Positions 23,776 to 36,000 of a DNA stretch of 64,000 bases are shown here, piece by piece (within the stretch, counting starts at the first letter, position 1; each line of letters begins with the position of its first letter). The position numbers and the translations under genes are program-made. This DNA is from Eukaryota sp. TZLM1-RC. Lineage: Eukaryota; Protista; Metamonada: BaSk clade. Location: assembly GCA_040285825.1 (NCBI GenBank), contig JAUPSS010000003.1, positions 2,914,001 to 2,978,000 of the forward strand, in the 5' to 3' direction. The notes under the pieces are model-generated. The model saw only the letters and a list, made by a program, of their open reading frames with translations, made no database searches and was not told the DNA's origin.

Positions 23776-25473
23776 ATGCCTATCCAATGTATCTGTATTA
23801 GTGGCCATCAGCATCAGCTGGATTTACCCTCTTCCTGTTCTGGTATCGAGCTTTATTCTTTGGTAGGCCAGAACCTTTCATTACCGTCTTCCAAGTTCTA
23901 CATTGTGTCATCTCTCCCCTTAAAACCAGCTCAAAAAGCCACAACTACTTCTGACTTCCACAGTTTTCAGCAAATGACACGTGAAGCGTATGCTGAAGAA
24001 TCTGCCTACACCACCTTTCCCACCTTCATTCCCCCATCCAACGACGTAGTTACTCCGTCTACACTCTATGTTTTTTGCCAACTTCCTTCTCCTTCCTTTA
24101 CCTCTTCTCCACTTCCCATTCGGCCATCTCAACAATTTTCCCTTCCTCTCTCCCTCTCTGTTTCGACAGGACCTAAACAAACGCTTCTTTCCCTACTTTC
24201 TACTCTCTCCAAAATTCTAACTCACTGCAGTCTTCTCCATGAGTTCAACTCCACCCTCACCTCTTCTCCTGTCCCTTCCTATGCAAGGAGGACCATTACC
24301 TCTGTTTCTGCTTTTTTCAAAGTATTAAGAGTTGAATCTGGAGCTGTCTCTGCCCACGTTTCTACCCTAATTCCTCAATTTAAATCTCTAAAGGGTGATT
24401 TTCTTGAGTTTTACAACCAAGCAGCTACAGAATATTTAGTTTTGTGTGAATCAACTGTACCGACTCAATTACGTGGTAAGTATGAGTGTGCATTACTTTC
24501 TGAATTGGTTATTTCGCCAGAAGTTTGTTTGGGATTGTTTAATGAAAAATTTGATAAATATTTAAGTATAGTCAAATTAATTTTATCAAAATCAAAACAA
24601 ATTACTTCAAAATTGAGGCAATTCACGACTTATTTCGATTCTTGGTTAGGATCGCTTATTTACATTGCTTCCTTCAAGTCTATACCTCACATTCATTGCT
24701 TTGAGTCTGTCAATGCTCTTCATTGGGTTGGAAGCGAGTGTTCGGAAGCCAATGATGTGGACGGTCAAATACTTGCTGAGTATGGGTCAAAATTCAAGAC
24801 TTGCGTTGACTTTTTGACCCGGGATGACGTGTCATGGAGTCATGTTGCTTCTTATTTGGATGAATTTAAGAGTTCCAATACTATTTCCACTTTAATTCAT
24901 TTAGTAACTAGCACTTACCACAGAGCCCAGTTATTAACTGAGGCAATCAATCAATCAAACTTGATTGAAGTTTCCCATTTGCCTGGATTAGGAAAGTTGC
25001 CCCTACACGTTAGAAATCATTATGCAAAAGCTGATTCAATAACCAACATTGATCAACTTGAAGTCTTCATAAGTCAAGGAGAAGAAGTTCTTTATGACCT
25101 TTTCAGATTTGTTTATGACTGTTTAGAGTCAATCAATGATGACGTGACCGGAAGGTCGATTCCTAACTGGATTGGGTTTGTTTCTGACCTTTCGTTTTTA
25201 GTTTCTGATTGTAAAAAAGGAAGTCAACAAGCTTCTTGTGGTATTTCTGAGCTTACTTCCCTTTTGGCAAAGTTAAAGTCGGTTATTAACCTTCGCAAAG
25301 TCTTAGCCGCTGAAGTCAAAGAAATAGAAAGGAGGCGGAAAGCTGATCTTGAGTTAAAACTAGAAGAGGAAAGGGTCAAGAATGCGATCAATCAGAAAAT
25401 GATTGAGGAACAGATTGCACGAGAAGCTTTTGATAGCGAGTTAAAACAAAAAGTCAAAGATTTTGCTCCTTAG
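23776..25473 (+). CDS. Helical/coiled-coil protein, possibly Atg17/Atg11(FIP200)-like
   Basis: 565-aa ORF with a ubiquitin-like-looking N-terminus and a C-terminal 'EVKEIERRR' coiled coil. The family call is weak. Confidence 0.45.
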   Translation: MPIQCICISGHQHQLDLPSSCSGIELYSLVGQNLSLPSSKFYIVSSLPLKPAQKATTTSDFHSFQQMTREAYAEESAYTTFPTFIPPSNDVVTPSTLYVFCQLPSPSFTSSPLPIRPSQQFSLPLSLSVSTGPKQTLLSLLSTLSKILTHCSLLHEFNSTLTSSPVPSYARRTITSVSAFFKVLRVESGAVSAHVSTLIPQFKSLKGDFLEFYNQAATEYLVLCESTVPTQLRGKYECALLSELVISPEVCLGLFNEKFDKYLSIVKLILSKSKQITSKLRQFTTYFDSWLGSLIYIASFKSIPHIHCFESVNALHWVGSECSEANDVDGQILAEYGSKFKTCVDFLTRDDVSWSHVASYLDEFKSSNTISTLIHLVTSTYHRAQLLTEAINQSNLIEVSHLPGLGKLPLHVRNHYAKADSITNIDQLEVFISQGEEVLYDLFRFVYDCLESINDDVTGRSIPNWIGFVSDLSFLVSDCKKGSQQASCGISELTSLLAKLKSVINLRKVLAAEVKEIERRRKADLELKLEEERVKNAINQKMIEEQIAREAFDSELKQKVKDFAP

Positions 25474-25749
25474 AATGATTAAATTTCGTCGAATTTCGTG
25501 TTGTTTAGTTGTTTTTCCCTGGCTTTCTCTCTTTTTACATGTAAATATTCATTTTGAGTCTTATTAAAGTTTTATTAAAATGCGTAATTATGAGCCTTGT
25601 TAAGCATTATCTAAAGTTGTTATAATTTTATTAACATACGCATACATTTTTTGCTGCAAAAACACGGATCCCAAGCCCTCCTATACATTAAGCATTATAC
25701 ATTATACATTTACATAAGACATAAAACATAAGACACAAAAAAAATAGAT

Positions 25750-26189
25750 TAGATGGAAGCTTCATTTTATTGGATGTAATGTCTGTTGATCCTTGTAATG
25801 CCTCATATGAAAGGCTTGTTAATTCTGAAATTCATAATCCTCTTTCAAGTGCTGACAATTTCAAAATCAAAAAATACAATGAACCTTTGTTCAAATTGGC
25901 CAGTCTACAGCATGCAAAATACAATTTGTATCCATTTGTATTTTCCCTTTTTGGTTCACTTGCACCAACTGCTTTACGTTTTTTGGATGATTTTGAAATG
26001 ATTGTAAAGAGAAGAACTGGCAGAAATTTCAACAGATCGTTTTGGCAAAACAGAATTGTGTTTTCTATTTTTAAGGGGATGTTGAAGATGGTTTCTGATG
26101 CTTTGCTTTCTCTTGGATCTCACTATGAGAGAATTGCATCTAGTGTTTTTGTTCTGGGAGAGATGGATTTTTTAGATGTTGATTTATAG
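25750..26189 (+). mobile_element. RLE endonuclease 3' fragment of a non-LTR retrotransposon
   Basis: 'LDVMSVDP', 'KIKKY', 'PFVFSLFGSL' and 'WQNRIVFSIFKG', followed by an A/T-rich tail. Confidence 0.8.
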
Positions 26190-26517
26190 GTTTAGAATAA
26201 AATTAAAATTAAATAAAAAAACACGGATTATTTAATTTTTATCTTTTTTATCTTTATCTATATGTCTTTTAAATTATCAGAAACGAGCAGTGGCACATAT
26301 GGAACTGTTTAGTTAATAAATGTTTAGTTTTAATGCTTAATGGCTGTGGGCTTGACCTTCCTTTAGAAGAATTTGTTTGAAACCGTCAATGAGTGTGTGA
26401 ACAATGCATGAGAAGATCCATTAACTGAGACATGACCAAATGAGTGTGCTTGCATTGTGATAGACATAATTCAAAACCTGTAATATTTATATCTTATAAC
26501 GAAGCATTTTCATTACA

Positions 26518-29500
26518 ATGCAGCTTGAGACTGTGTTCCACAACACTCTATCAGCAGATCAGTCCACCCGCCAGAGTGCTGAATCCTACCTCAAGTCTGC
26601 TGTCACTTCTGAAGATTTCATCAGGTCATGCTTTGAACTCATAAGCTCTTCTTCTGTACTGTCTGAAACAAAACTTGCGGCTTCTTTATTCATCAAAAAC
26701 TACATTATTCGCTATTGGTCTTCCAATGAGCACATTTCCTCCTCTGTCCGTCATTACTATGTCCACAACGTTCTACACTCATGCCTCCTTCGCCTGACTG
26801 ACTATCAACCCCTTGATGTCCTCTCCCTCACCCTTACGCACATCTCCAAAGCTGATACTGATTCATTCCACGCCTTTCAATCTCAAATGTTATCCCTGCT
26901 TCCTCAACTCAACTCCTCCCCAAGCCTCCTCTTAGCTGGAACCCTCTGTTTCAGGAGATTAGCCAAGGCGTTTGAGTTTGCAAGAGAAGGCAAATCAAGC
27001 TTGATTAATTCTTTGTGTAGAGGTTATTTTCCTTTTTACTTGGATTTTTGCTTAAATAATTATGGCAAAAATGATCCTTTTGTGTTCAAAATTTGTAATT
27101 TGGTATTTAAATCTATTAATTCTTTGAATAAGATTTTTCTTCACGAATATTTCCTAGACCAATCTGTTTTGCTTCAATGGTGTGCAACCATGTCAGCGTT
27201 TGTCAGAATTCCTTTGACAAGTAGTAAGGATCAAAAAGAGCTCAGTGACACGTTGTCTCAGATTTTTAATTTTATTAAGAATGTTGTAGAAAGATATTTG
27301 ATTATTGAAAAAGTTAAAAAAACCGCAAATGCAACTACTCTTATTCACCTAGTTTTCAACGGAAACCAATCATTTATTGACCAGTTAGATTTATCAATCA
27401 AAAACTTGATTGGTCATGGCTGGTCCTCCTCAATTTTGACCTTCCTTGAACATTCCACACCTCATATTTTAAACTCGTCAATCACTGATGATTTGGTGAC
27501 CTCAGCATTGACCTGCATTGACTTTATGTTGAAATTCAAAGAAACTTGGGTGGTTGTGAAACCGTTATTCCCCAGTTTATTTAATTCTCTTTTATTTCCG
27601 TTGTTGCAATTCAGAAAATCAGATATTGAGCTTTTTCACGATGATCCACAGGAATTCTTAAGAAGTCAATCATATTCTTTTGACTCTGAAAGACTGCCAG
27701 CTCAGCAAGTGGGAGATGTATTAATTACTAGCATAAAGAAGAGAGCAAAAACTTCATTGCCAATAATAGGGGCTAAAGTCTTTGGTTTTCTTAATCAATC
27801 ACATGGTCAAAATCAATCAGAGATTGATGGAATTTTGGCCTTGGTCTCACTATTAGCTGGGAGAATTCAAAAAAAGTCAGTCGAATTGCCCAATCAAATG
27901 ACTGTTTCTGACCTTCTTTCTCGATTGGTCTTGCCTATTTTGGACCAATCAAATCATCATAGCGAGCCTGTCATATATCGAGCTCTTTTCGTCATTAAAC
28001 AGTTTTCTCCAAATATTTCAAATTTTGGACCGAATATTGAACCCCTTCTGTTCTCGATTGCTAATTATTTAACCTGTCAAAATTTCCCAATCAAGGTAGA
28101 GGCAACTTCTGTTTTCCAAAACTTTTTAAACTCCCAAGATTCAAGTTTTAAACCGCAAGTTGACGTGATGGTGAAGAAGTTCATTGACCAGTTTCTTTCC
28201 TCTTTGTTTGTAATTCTTGATGAATATGCCTCTCCTGACGTCACTGAGACAATATCTTTGATTATCTGCAACTATCCAGCTGAGTGCGAACCTTTAGCCT
28301 GTAAAATTGTAGAAAAACTGGTAGCTTCGTTTGAGTCAACTTTGGCAAATGCTGGCGTCACAATGAATGATTTGATTGATGATTTGATTGGTGACAGTAT
28401 GATTGAGAAAGTTTCCGATTCTTGTGAGTCTAGTCTTATGGAGATATTACGTGCTTTAATCAATCTTTTTGATTGTTTCGGACATAATTCTGATCTTTTC
28501 TCTACTATTTGTGATCCATTCTCTAAATTTTTAACCGTAATCCTGAAAGGACATTTTTTTGAATTATTCGATCTGGCCCTCTCCCTTTCCACTCACGTTT
28601 CAGCCAATGCTCCTGTTCCCTTCTCCCCGGTCGTCTGGAATCTGTTTGACTCAATCGTGAATTCATTTGACCTTTTTGCATTTGATTATCTTCCAAGCAT
28701 GGTTATCTCTATTGATAACTTTATGGTTCGAGATCCTTTTAATTTCTCTCAACGACCAAATTGCAAAAGTTCCATTGAATTGATTTACAAAAAATGTTTC
28801 TTAACTGAATATTTAATTGGCTGGGAAGAAAAATCTGCTTGTGTTAAAATAATACAATCATATTTGATCAACGTCTTGAAGTCTTTTCCTTTACAATTTC
28901 CAGGGTTTGTGGAGGTTATTGTTGATGACTTGCTTTCCATTACGAATACAAGAAGGGTAATTGAAAGAAGAAGGCATGACAAATTGATGAACTTTGAAGC
29001 AGATTTGATTGAATTGTCTCCCAGTTATGAACTGAATCTGATTGTCACAATTGCGCTTTTGATTAGTATTGATTGCAATCAAACCATGTCAGCACTTTCC
29101 TCTTTGGGAAACACACGTGATCGAATCACATCATCACTTTCCTCTTTGGGACAACTTTCAGAAACAGAAGTTCAAGTATTAAACTCAGTTTTTTCCAATT
29201 CCGAGGCTTACAACAAGAATCAATCAATTGCCACGTATGCAGTTGAATCAATAATGTTATCTTTTGCCTCTTTTAAATCTCATTTTTCTAGAATTGCAGT
29301 AATTAAATGTTTAGTTACTCTCTTATCCAGTAATATCTTGTCCAACCATTACCATCATTTCTTACAGACGTTGATTAATCTTTTAAAACACATCAAAACT
29401 TCAACTCAAACCTCTGACCCTAACCCTAACCCTAACCAAAATGAGCAATTGTTTGCCGAGTTGTATGATAGGGTGTGTGCTGATGATCTCACAGTCAACG

Positions 29501-29748
29501 ATGCTGGTGACGAAGTTGATGCCACTGAGAATGCCTTTGATTATGACCACATTCCTGGTGGTTTTGACACACTAATTGAAGAACTTGAGGATTGCGATGA
29601 AGATGATTTGACTGCCTTTGACAATGAAGATCCATTTGAGTTGGTACGAAATGGATTTACTGTGATGTCAGAAAGGGATGGTGAAGGGTTCAGCAAGTTT
29701 TTAGAATCTATCGGAGGTAGTGAAGCTTTAGAAGCTCTTTTGAATTAA
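26518..29748 (+). CDS. Importin-beta family, importin-7/8 (Nmd5/Sxm1)-like
   Basis: IBN_N 'TRQSAESYLK..AASLFIKNYI..YW', 'ELFHDDPQEFLR', HEAT-like repeats and an acidic tail. Confidence 0.88.
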   Translation: MQLETVFHNTLSADQSTRQSAESYLKSAVTSEDFIRSCFELISSSSVLSETKLAASLFIKNYIIRYWSSNEHISSSVRHYYVHNVLHSCLLRLTDYQPLDVLSLTLTHISKADTDSFHAFQSQMLSLLPQLNSSPSLLLAGTLCFRRLAKAFEFAREGKSSLINSLCRGYFPFYLDFCLNNYGKNDPFVFKICNLVFKSINSLNKIFLHEYFLDQSVLLQWCATMSAFVRIPLTSSKDQKELSDTLSQIFNFIKNVVERYLIIEKVKKTANATTLIHLVFNGNQSFIDQLDLSIKNLIGHGWSSSILTFLEHSTPHILNSSITDDLVTSALTCIDFMLKFKETWVVVKPLFPSLFNSLLFPLLQFRKSDIELFHDDPQEFLRSQSYSFDSERLPAQQVGDVLITSIKKRAKTSLPIIGAKVFGFLNQSHGQNQSEIDGILALVSLLAGRIQKKSVELPNQMTVSDLLSRLVLPILDQSNHHSEPVIYRALFVIKQFSPNISNFGPNIEPLLFSIANYLTCQNFPIKVEATSVFQNFLNSQDSSFKPQVDVMVKKFIDQFLSSLFVILDEYASPDVTETISLIICNYPAECEPLACKIVEKLVASFESTLANAGVTMNDLIDDLIGDSMIEKVSDSCESSLMEILRALINLFDCFGHNSDLFSTICDPFSKFLTVILKGHFFELFDLALSLSTHVSANAPVPFSPVVWNLFDSIVNSFDLFAFDYLPSMVISIDNFMVRDPFNFSQRPNCKSSIELIYKKCFLTEYLIGWEEKSACVKIIQSYLINVLKSFPLQFPGFVEVIVDDLLSITNTRRVIERRRHDKLMNFEADLIELSPSYELNLIVTIALLISIDCNQTMSALSSLGNTRDRITSSLSSLGQLSETEVQVLNSVFSNSEAYNKNQSIATYAVESIMLSFASFKSHFSRIAVIKCLVTLLSSNILSNHYHHFLQTLINLLKHIKTSTQTSDPNPNPNQNEQLFAELYDRVCADDLTVNDAGDEVDATENAFDYDHIPGGFDTLIEELEDCDEDDLTAFDNEDPFELVRNGFTVMSERDGEGFSKFLESIGGSEALEALLN

Positions 29749-30000
29749 ACATTACTTAGTTTTCATAAAAGAATTAGTATTTCAATTTTGCAAGATGTAG
29801 ATGCTATTTTACTAACTAAAATCCATTACAACTCAGAATTCAAACCAGAAATCATCATCTGTCCAGTCAATTCTTCTTGACTGATTTAAGTCATGAAGAT
29901 ATAGAATTTTAACATTGTCGTATAGCCTTTTAATGAAATAAATCATTTACAAAAACACAAAAAAAGAAATCATCAACAGAAAATAATTTATTGGATATAA

Positions 30001-31305
30001 CTACATTAAAGACATAAAATCATCTACAAAACTGAAAGAATTTGATTGTTTTTGATTAGAACTGTCAGAACAACTCAAAAGGTCAAAATCATCAATCAAA
30101 TTTGATTGTTTTTGATCACTCACTGGAGTTTCTGAATCCACTTCTTCTTGTTCATTTCCAGTTTCGAAAAAGAAACCCCCATCTTCTTTCTGCCCCGAGT
30201 CTTCAACGGTCAAACCTCCAAACAAATCATTCTGAGCTGATGACGTTTGAATAACTGGGCTAACAATAGCCAAAAAGCGAGCAACATTGGTCTTTATCTG
30301 CTTAATTTCTTTTCCTAAACGCTCAAATTGATCTCTTTTTGAACTATCCTCAAGAATTTCAGCGACTAATGGATAATAATCCGAGTTATTGGTCAACATT
30401 TCTAAAAGACCAAACACAAAAGCTCTTTTAAACCAGATAATATTTGAATCATGGACATAATGCTCAATTTGTGAAACCACTGCAAAAGAATCAAAAACAA
30501 AAGACTTTTTAAGAAACTTTGAAAATTCTTGACTGGACGGGATAAATCTCATCATCGACGCATTACTGGCGATTGTATCAATCAACCTCTCGATCGCCTT
30601 CCTTTCGTGATTAACTTCTTCCTCGACATCTTGTTCCTGGACAGTGACACGTGGAGTGTCGTCAAAGTCTTCAAAAGTCCTGGAAGATGACGTTTCTGTA
30701 TTTGACTCATCTTGATTTCGATTATAATTGACAGATTCCAACTTTCCTATTCTGGAAGGTGGCGCTTTCTCTGTTCGATCTCCAAAAGTGTTGATCAGGT
30801 TCCTTGCTTTGTCCCGGGCTTTATCCATGAACGATACATCCTGCTTTGGAGAAGGAGCCCTTGTTGACCCTATGCCAGCCGAAGTAACCGTTGGGGTAGT
30901 GGTGGAGGCAGGTGGAGGTTGGTGTTCGATCAGAATTGTCAAAACCTCTGAAGCGAGTTTCCGAACTTCAGTAAGACGAGAAGACTGTTCTGCTTTGAGT
31001 TGGATGATGTTACCAGCAGCTTCAGACATGGGGATGTTTTGTTTAATGATGAGGGAGAGTTGGCGGGAGCGAAACGCACGGGTTAGGGAAGCAGAACCAT
31101 TTGAGAGGAGGTATTTGATGGTTTGGAGCGCCTTGATCTTGACACTGAGAGACTTGTCTTTGATACGTTTGAGAAGGAGATTTTCTATTTGAAGACAATT
31201 ATTGGTAGATGTGTGGGAAAGCTTGGAAAGTTGAGCAAGGGTTGCTCCAGATGGAGGTGCAAAGTCATCAGCAGTGACTTCATTTATGAGAGAACGAACG
31301 CTCAT
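30001..31305 (-). CDS. Tepsin/ENTHD2-like AP-4 accessory protein
   Basis: ENTH-like 'LINEVTADDFAPPSG..LLKRIKDKSLSVKIKALQTIKYL', plus 'DLFGGL' and 'SFSFV' tail motifs. First ATG at 31305. Confidence 0.75.
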   Translation of the reverse strand: MSVRSLINEVTADDFAPPSGATLAQLSKLSHTSTNNCLQIENLLLKRIKDKSLSVKIKALQTIKYLLSNGSASLTRAFRSRQLSLIIKQNIPMSEAAGNIIQLKAEQSSRLTEVRKLASEVLTILIEHQPPPASTTTPTVTSAGIGSTRAPSPKQDVSFMDKARDKARNLINTFGDRTEKAPPSRIGKLESVNYNRNQDESNTETSSSRTFEDFDDTPRVTVQEQDVEEEVNHERKAIERLIDTIASNASMMRFIPSSQEFSKFLKKSFVFDSFAVVSQIEHYVHDSNIIWFKRAFVFGLLEMLTNNSDYYPLVAEILEDSSKRDQFERLGKEIKQIKTNVARFLAIVSPVIQTSSAQNDLFGGLTVEDSGQKEDGGFFFETGNEQEEVDSETPVSDQKQSNLIDDFDLLSCSDSSNQKQSNSFSFVDDFMSLM

Positions 31306-31388
31306 TCTTTCAGATGTTGTCAATGATAGAGAAATAAGTGTCGGTTAAACTGATGCAGAGAAGTTTTTCGGAACCGCTCAAAGTGGCA

Positions 31389-31830
31389 AATTCCCGCAAG
31401 TACACGATCAATCTTCGCGCGGAATAATCACAAAAACTATCCACTACACGAATACTGAGGCCTCTCATTACCACTCATTCTGGCTTCAATAATTGCAAAC
31501 ATATTCAGACAGACCAGTTTATTTCTATTGAAGGGCTTTGTTTGAGCCTTTGTGCCTGAATTTACAACTCCCACTATTACAAGCTAATAAACCATGACAT
31601 GTGGTAACAGGAGTCTTTGCTGCCTTATAGAATCTGGGATTTGTTACTCTCCAAAACGTAGCAACTTTTTCAAAACAAACAGGGCATTTAGCTGAAGTGA
31701 AAGCTTCATTAATCATCAATATTTCAAATTCATTTTTTTCAGAAATGGAATCGTAACTGTTGAAACTTTGAAGCAGTTTCTTTAAGTTTTAATATAGCAC
31801 ATGCATGTTTAACCATTGAACATTTCTATT
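31389..31830 (-). mobile_element. Short non-autonomous Fanzor derivative (same family as 18695..23443)
   Basis: 'INEAFTSAKCPVC..CHGLLAC' and a near-identical 3' tail. 31752..31820 matches 19199..19267. Confidence 0.85.
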
Positions 31831-31863
31831 AGGAAATTTCTTTTGTTGGTTTAGAATTCATTA

Positions 31864-33010
31864 GTGGTTATTATTTGTATTTTTGGAAATCCTTCTGAAT
31901 TCCAAGATATGACCCTTGCTGCTGCTGATCCAGGTAAATCTGGTCTACTCTATTTTTCTGCCAATTTAGCCACTCGAATGACTCATTCAAAAAATCCTGA
32001 GAGAGATAAATATGTTCATTTCAGGTACACTCAAAATCAACGAAGATTTAAGTCGAAAAGTTCCAAATTCAAAAGAATAAGAGACAGCATACGGAATGAC
32101 ACTCTTATCACAATAAGTAACTCTACTGGTAGAGTGATTGATCTATCCAATTATGAACCATCTGAAGAGCAACAACAAAGGATGGATTTAAACAGCAGTA
32201 TAATTAGTCAAATGACTGAAAGAACAATTAGTTTATTAAGAAAAAAAGTACCTCAAGAAATCAATATTCCCCACGAAATTGATTACTCATTCAATTTGAG
32301 AAATAATGATCACACGACTAAATCTGTAGCAGAATGAGAAGCAACTTTATCCCAATTCAATTCCAAAAGCTGCAGGTTTGATAGATTTATGGAGTATATT
32401 AAACAAAAGAATTTTGTGAATAGTATTGTTGGTCAAGTCTATCATCAAAAAATATTGAGGAAACGAAGATGGTCGGCTGAGATCAATCGCACAAGATCTG
32501 AGACAAGAATGATTCAGAGATTCAAATCAGTAATTGGTGATCCAGGTCAAGTAGTGATTGACATTGGAGACTGGGAACAACGAAAACACTTGAAATTCAA
32601 AGAACCAACCTAAGGAAAAGGTTTGAGAATTCTATTTAAAAAGGCTGATTATAAGGTCCTTTTGAATGATGAATTTCGAAACCAGTTACTGTTGATTCAA
32701 CTGTAAGAAAGAGGAGAAAACAGTTGAAACATTACAATGGTGCAGAAATCCTAGGCCATGGAAGAGGCATGAGATGTCTATTCGTCACGGGCTGAGCTTG
32801 TGTAAATCATGCGAAAGTTTGTGGAATAGAGATCGAAATGCTTCGCTGAATATGTTGGCAATGATGGAAGCACAAGTAAAGGGTGGAGATAGACCAGAAT
32901 ACCTACAGCGAGTCAAGGCTGATGAAGGTTCAAAGAAAAAGGTATAAGGAGGAAATCTTCCACTTCTCAAAAACTTAGTCCCTCTGTATCGGTGTAAAAA
33001 GGACTCATTT
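31864..33010 (+). pseudogene. Fanzor1-type nuclease pseudogene with 3' hairpins (candidate omegaRNA)
   Basis: RuvC-I 'AAADPGK', 'IGDW..KFKEPT*GKG', RuvC-II 'NDEFRTS', 'RHGLSLCKSC' and RuvC-III 'WNRDRNASLN'. Internal stops; final stop at 32945-32947. Confidence 0.88.
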
Positions 33011-33036
33011 CATTGTTATAGACATCATCTTTAAGA

Positions 33037-36000
33037 ATGGCACCACCTTCTGCCAGTGCAGCTTATGCATACGGTAGTACCATTACACGTTCTAATGGGA
33101 TGTCATACAACCCCAACACTTCCACTTTGGCAACAGTAGTTGCAGCAGCAATACAAGTCTTTCCAGCGTCTTCATCCAGCTATCTTATTACTCCTGCCAA
33201 CTGTGCTACTATCTCTTGTATATCAATTCACCCTACAGGCGATTTTATAGCCATTGGGGAAGCTGGAGGACTTTCACGGGTCCTTGTCACTCCTATATCA
33301 CCCTCTTCTCCAGAAGACTACCGTGTCATCTGCACCCATCAGGGAGAGGTAGCTACTGTGGCCTGGAACTCCTCTGGGACTCGTCTGCTCTCAATTGACT
33401 CCTCTCCTGATGGAAATTTCTCCATCCACTCTCACCCTTCATCTACAATCCTGGCTTCTGGTTCTACTGAAGCTGCCATCTATGACGTGGCTTGGCTCTC
33501 TGACAGCACGTTCGTCACTGCTGGACTTCGCCATATAAAGTTTTGGAAGCTAAGTGAAGAAGGAACATTGGAAGGAAGGTTGGGGATGTTGGGGGCTAAC
33601 AGAAGTTCTGCTTTTACCTGCATTAGGTACACGTCATCCGGTCAGAAAGACACGTGTTTTGCTGTGTCATCACGTGGGCATTTGTGTCAATTTGGGATTA
33701 ATTCTAGAATAATTGAGAAGTGGGTGGACACTAAGATTATTTCCCCTTCATCTCTTTCCATTTTGGGAAAGTTGATTGCAGTTGGGGGTCAGAACGGCGT
33801 GATTCGATTATTCAACAGTAGTTCATTAGGTTTTGTATCAACTTTACCCTTAATTAGGCCCATTATTGATAGTGATTCATTTAAATCAGAAGTTCCAAGC
33901 GTTTTTATGAAAAGTCAGGTATCTAATGACGTGCCTGATGTGCTGGCATTACGTATTGGTCAAGCTAAGTCAAACGAAGAAGGTCAATTTGAAATACACG
34001 TTGTCAACTCAGCAAGAGCTCAATATTCATGGAATTTTGATCTATCTACCAAACAAAGTCGGTTGATTTCCTGTGAAGTCTTGAATGGTCAAGGAATAGT
34101 TCCTAAAATTTCAAGCCTGTCCTTAGACGGTGATTTAGGCTATTGCTTCCTTTCGAATAACATGACAGTTTCAAATATTAGTCCATTGATCCCTTCTGAT
34201 CCTGACTCGGTTAATTCACCATCACCATATTCCAAATCAATCAAATCATTAATCAAATTAGAATCATCAACATCACAACACGTGTATCCTACTTCCTTTG
34301 CAATGGAGCAATCAATTGGATTGATTGGTTTCAGTAATGGTCGGTTGTCTTCTGTTGACCTCAATAATGGTGATGTCATCAAATCGTTTACTTTACATCA
34401 AGGAGTTGTTAACTGTGTCGAGATTGTTGATTTTCAATCAAATTTGATAGGTTTTTCTGCAGGAATTGATAGAAAAGTTTCCGTTTTTAGCGTTGCAACC
34501 GGTGATTTAATATCCTCTTTTTCTCTGCACTCTAGCTCAATCACGTCATTGGCCACGTCACCAATCAAAAATAATGAATCAATCAGTTACCTTTATTTAA
34601 TAACAGGTGGAAATGAAGGTTTAGTTGTGTTCAACAAACTTGAACTATCAATCAATCAATCAAATGTTGATTGTCAATCACTTTCCGTTTCCAAAGTCAA
34701 CCCTACAACTTCTTCAGTTCTCTCAATCGCCTATGGACCCCCATCCACCACAGCTTTCACTTGCTCTGATGATGGTTTTCTTGCTATTGGAACTCAAGAC
34801 AAGCGAATTGTTCTTTATGACGTACAATCAGCTAGAACCATTAGAACTTTCCGTCCAGCCGCTCTCTCCACCGCCCCCGAACCCTCAAAGCTGCTCATCG
34901 ATCCAACAGGGAATCTCCTCGCCTCAGCAGGGGGAGATAGGGTGGTTAGATTGGTTGATTTGAAGACTGGAGCTGTTCTCAGTCGGTGTTATGGTCACGC
35001 GAGCAACGTCACTTGTTTAGTTTTCGACCCAAAGTTGAAGTATTTTGTTTCAGTTGGTTTGGATGGGGTGCTGTTTGTGTGGAAGCTCAAAATGGAGGTC
35101 AAAAGCCCACGTCAGCAATCGGAACAATCAAGACCAGCTGTTCCAATCAATCTTTCAAGAAGGAAACTGCCTGTTTGGGCAAGGGCACGAGTTGATGGCG
35201 AGGAAAGTGAAAGTTCGCCGATTATTACTGATTTAGATGATAAAAAAGCGAACAAATGGAAACTTGATCTTGAACAATTTGGTCCAGTTGCTCTTCCAGA
35301 TGTGGCTTCATCAACACCGTTTCAACAAATACCAATAGCTCAAAATGAAGGTCAAAAAGTTACTGATGACGTGAATGATGACGTGAATGATGACGTGACT
35401 GATGAGAATGTTGAAGAAAGTCCTAAAGAGTCAGGGGAGGAAGCTCCTTCTACTCCAGCAGCCTCTTTTGATGAAGAATTGATGAAGACCAAGGAAAGGT
35501 TGTTGAGAATGGGAATACAATTTGCACCAAAAGATGAAAAAGTCAATAGTAGTCAAGAAAATACAGATAAAGAAGGTCAAAAAGAGGAGGAAGATCAAAA
35601 GCAGGAGGAAGGTCAAAAAGAAGGAGAAGAAATCAGTGACACGTGTCAGGATGATACTGACAGTGTTGACAAAGAAGATGTAGATCAATCAATTGATGAA
35701 CTTCGTCTAAGTACCCTTCATGATCATGATGTAGGTATTATAGAGGAATCAATTGACTTGGATCAGTCGATTGATCAGGTGACTGGTGACGTGTCAGTTG
35801 CCAGTTTAAAACGGGAAACCTCGACCCCCAACCTCGATGTCAAGGAGTTATTTACGACACCAATACCTTCGGATGACGAAGACCAATCTTCCCCTGTTGA
35901 AGATTCTCCTAAAACTAAACCAAATTCACCCTTTCAATCAGACACTATACCGTTAGAGACCTACAGAAAATCTTTACAATCATTCAAAAATACTTTTGAT

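Noticed and set aside
29415-29440. (CCCTAA)3 telomere-like repeat
   Set aside because: Only three units, in frame inside the importin gene (PNPNPN).
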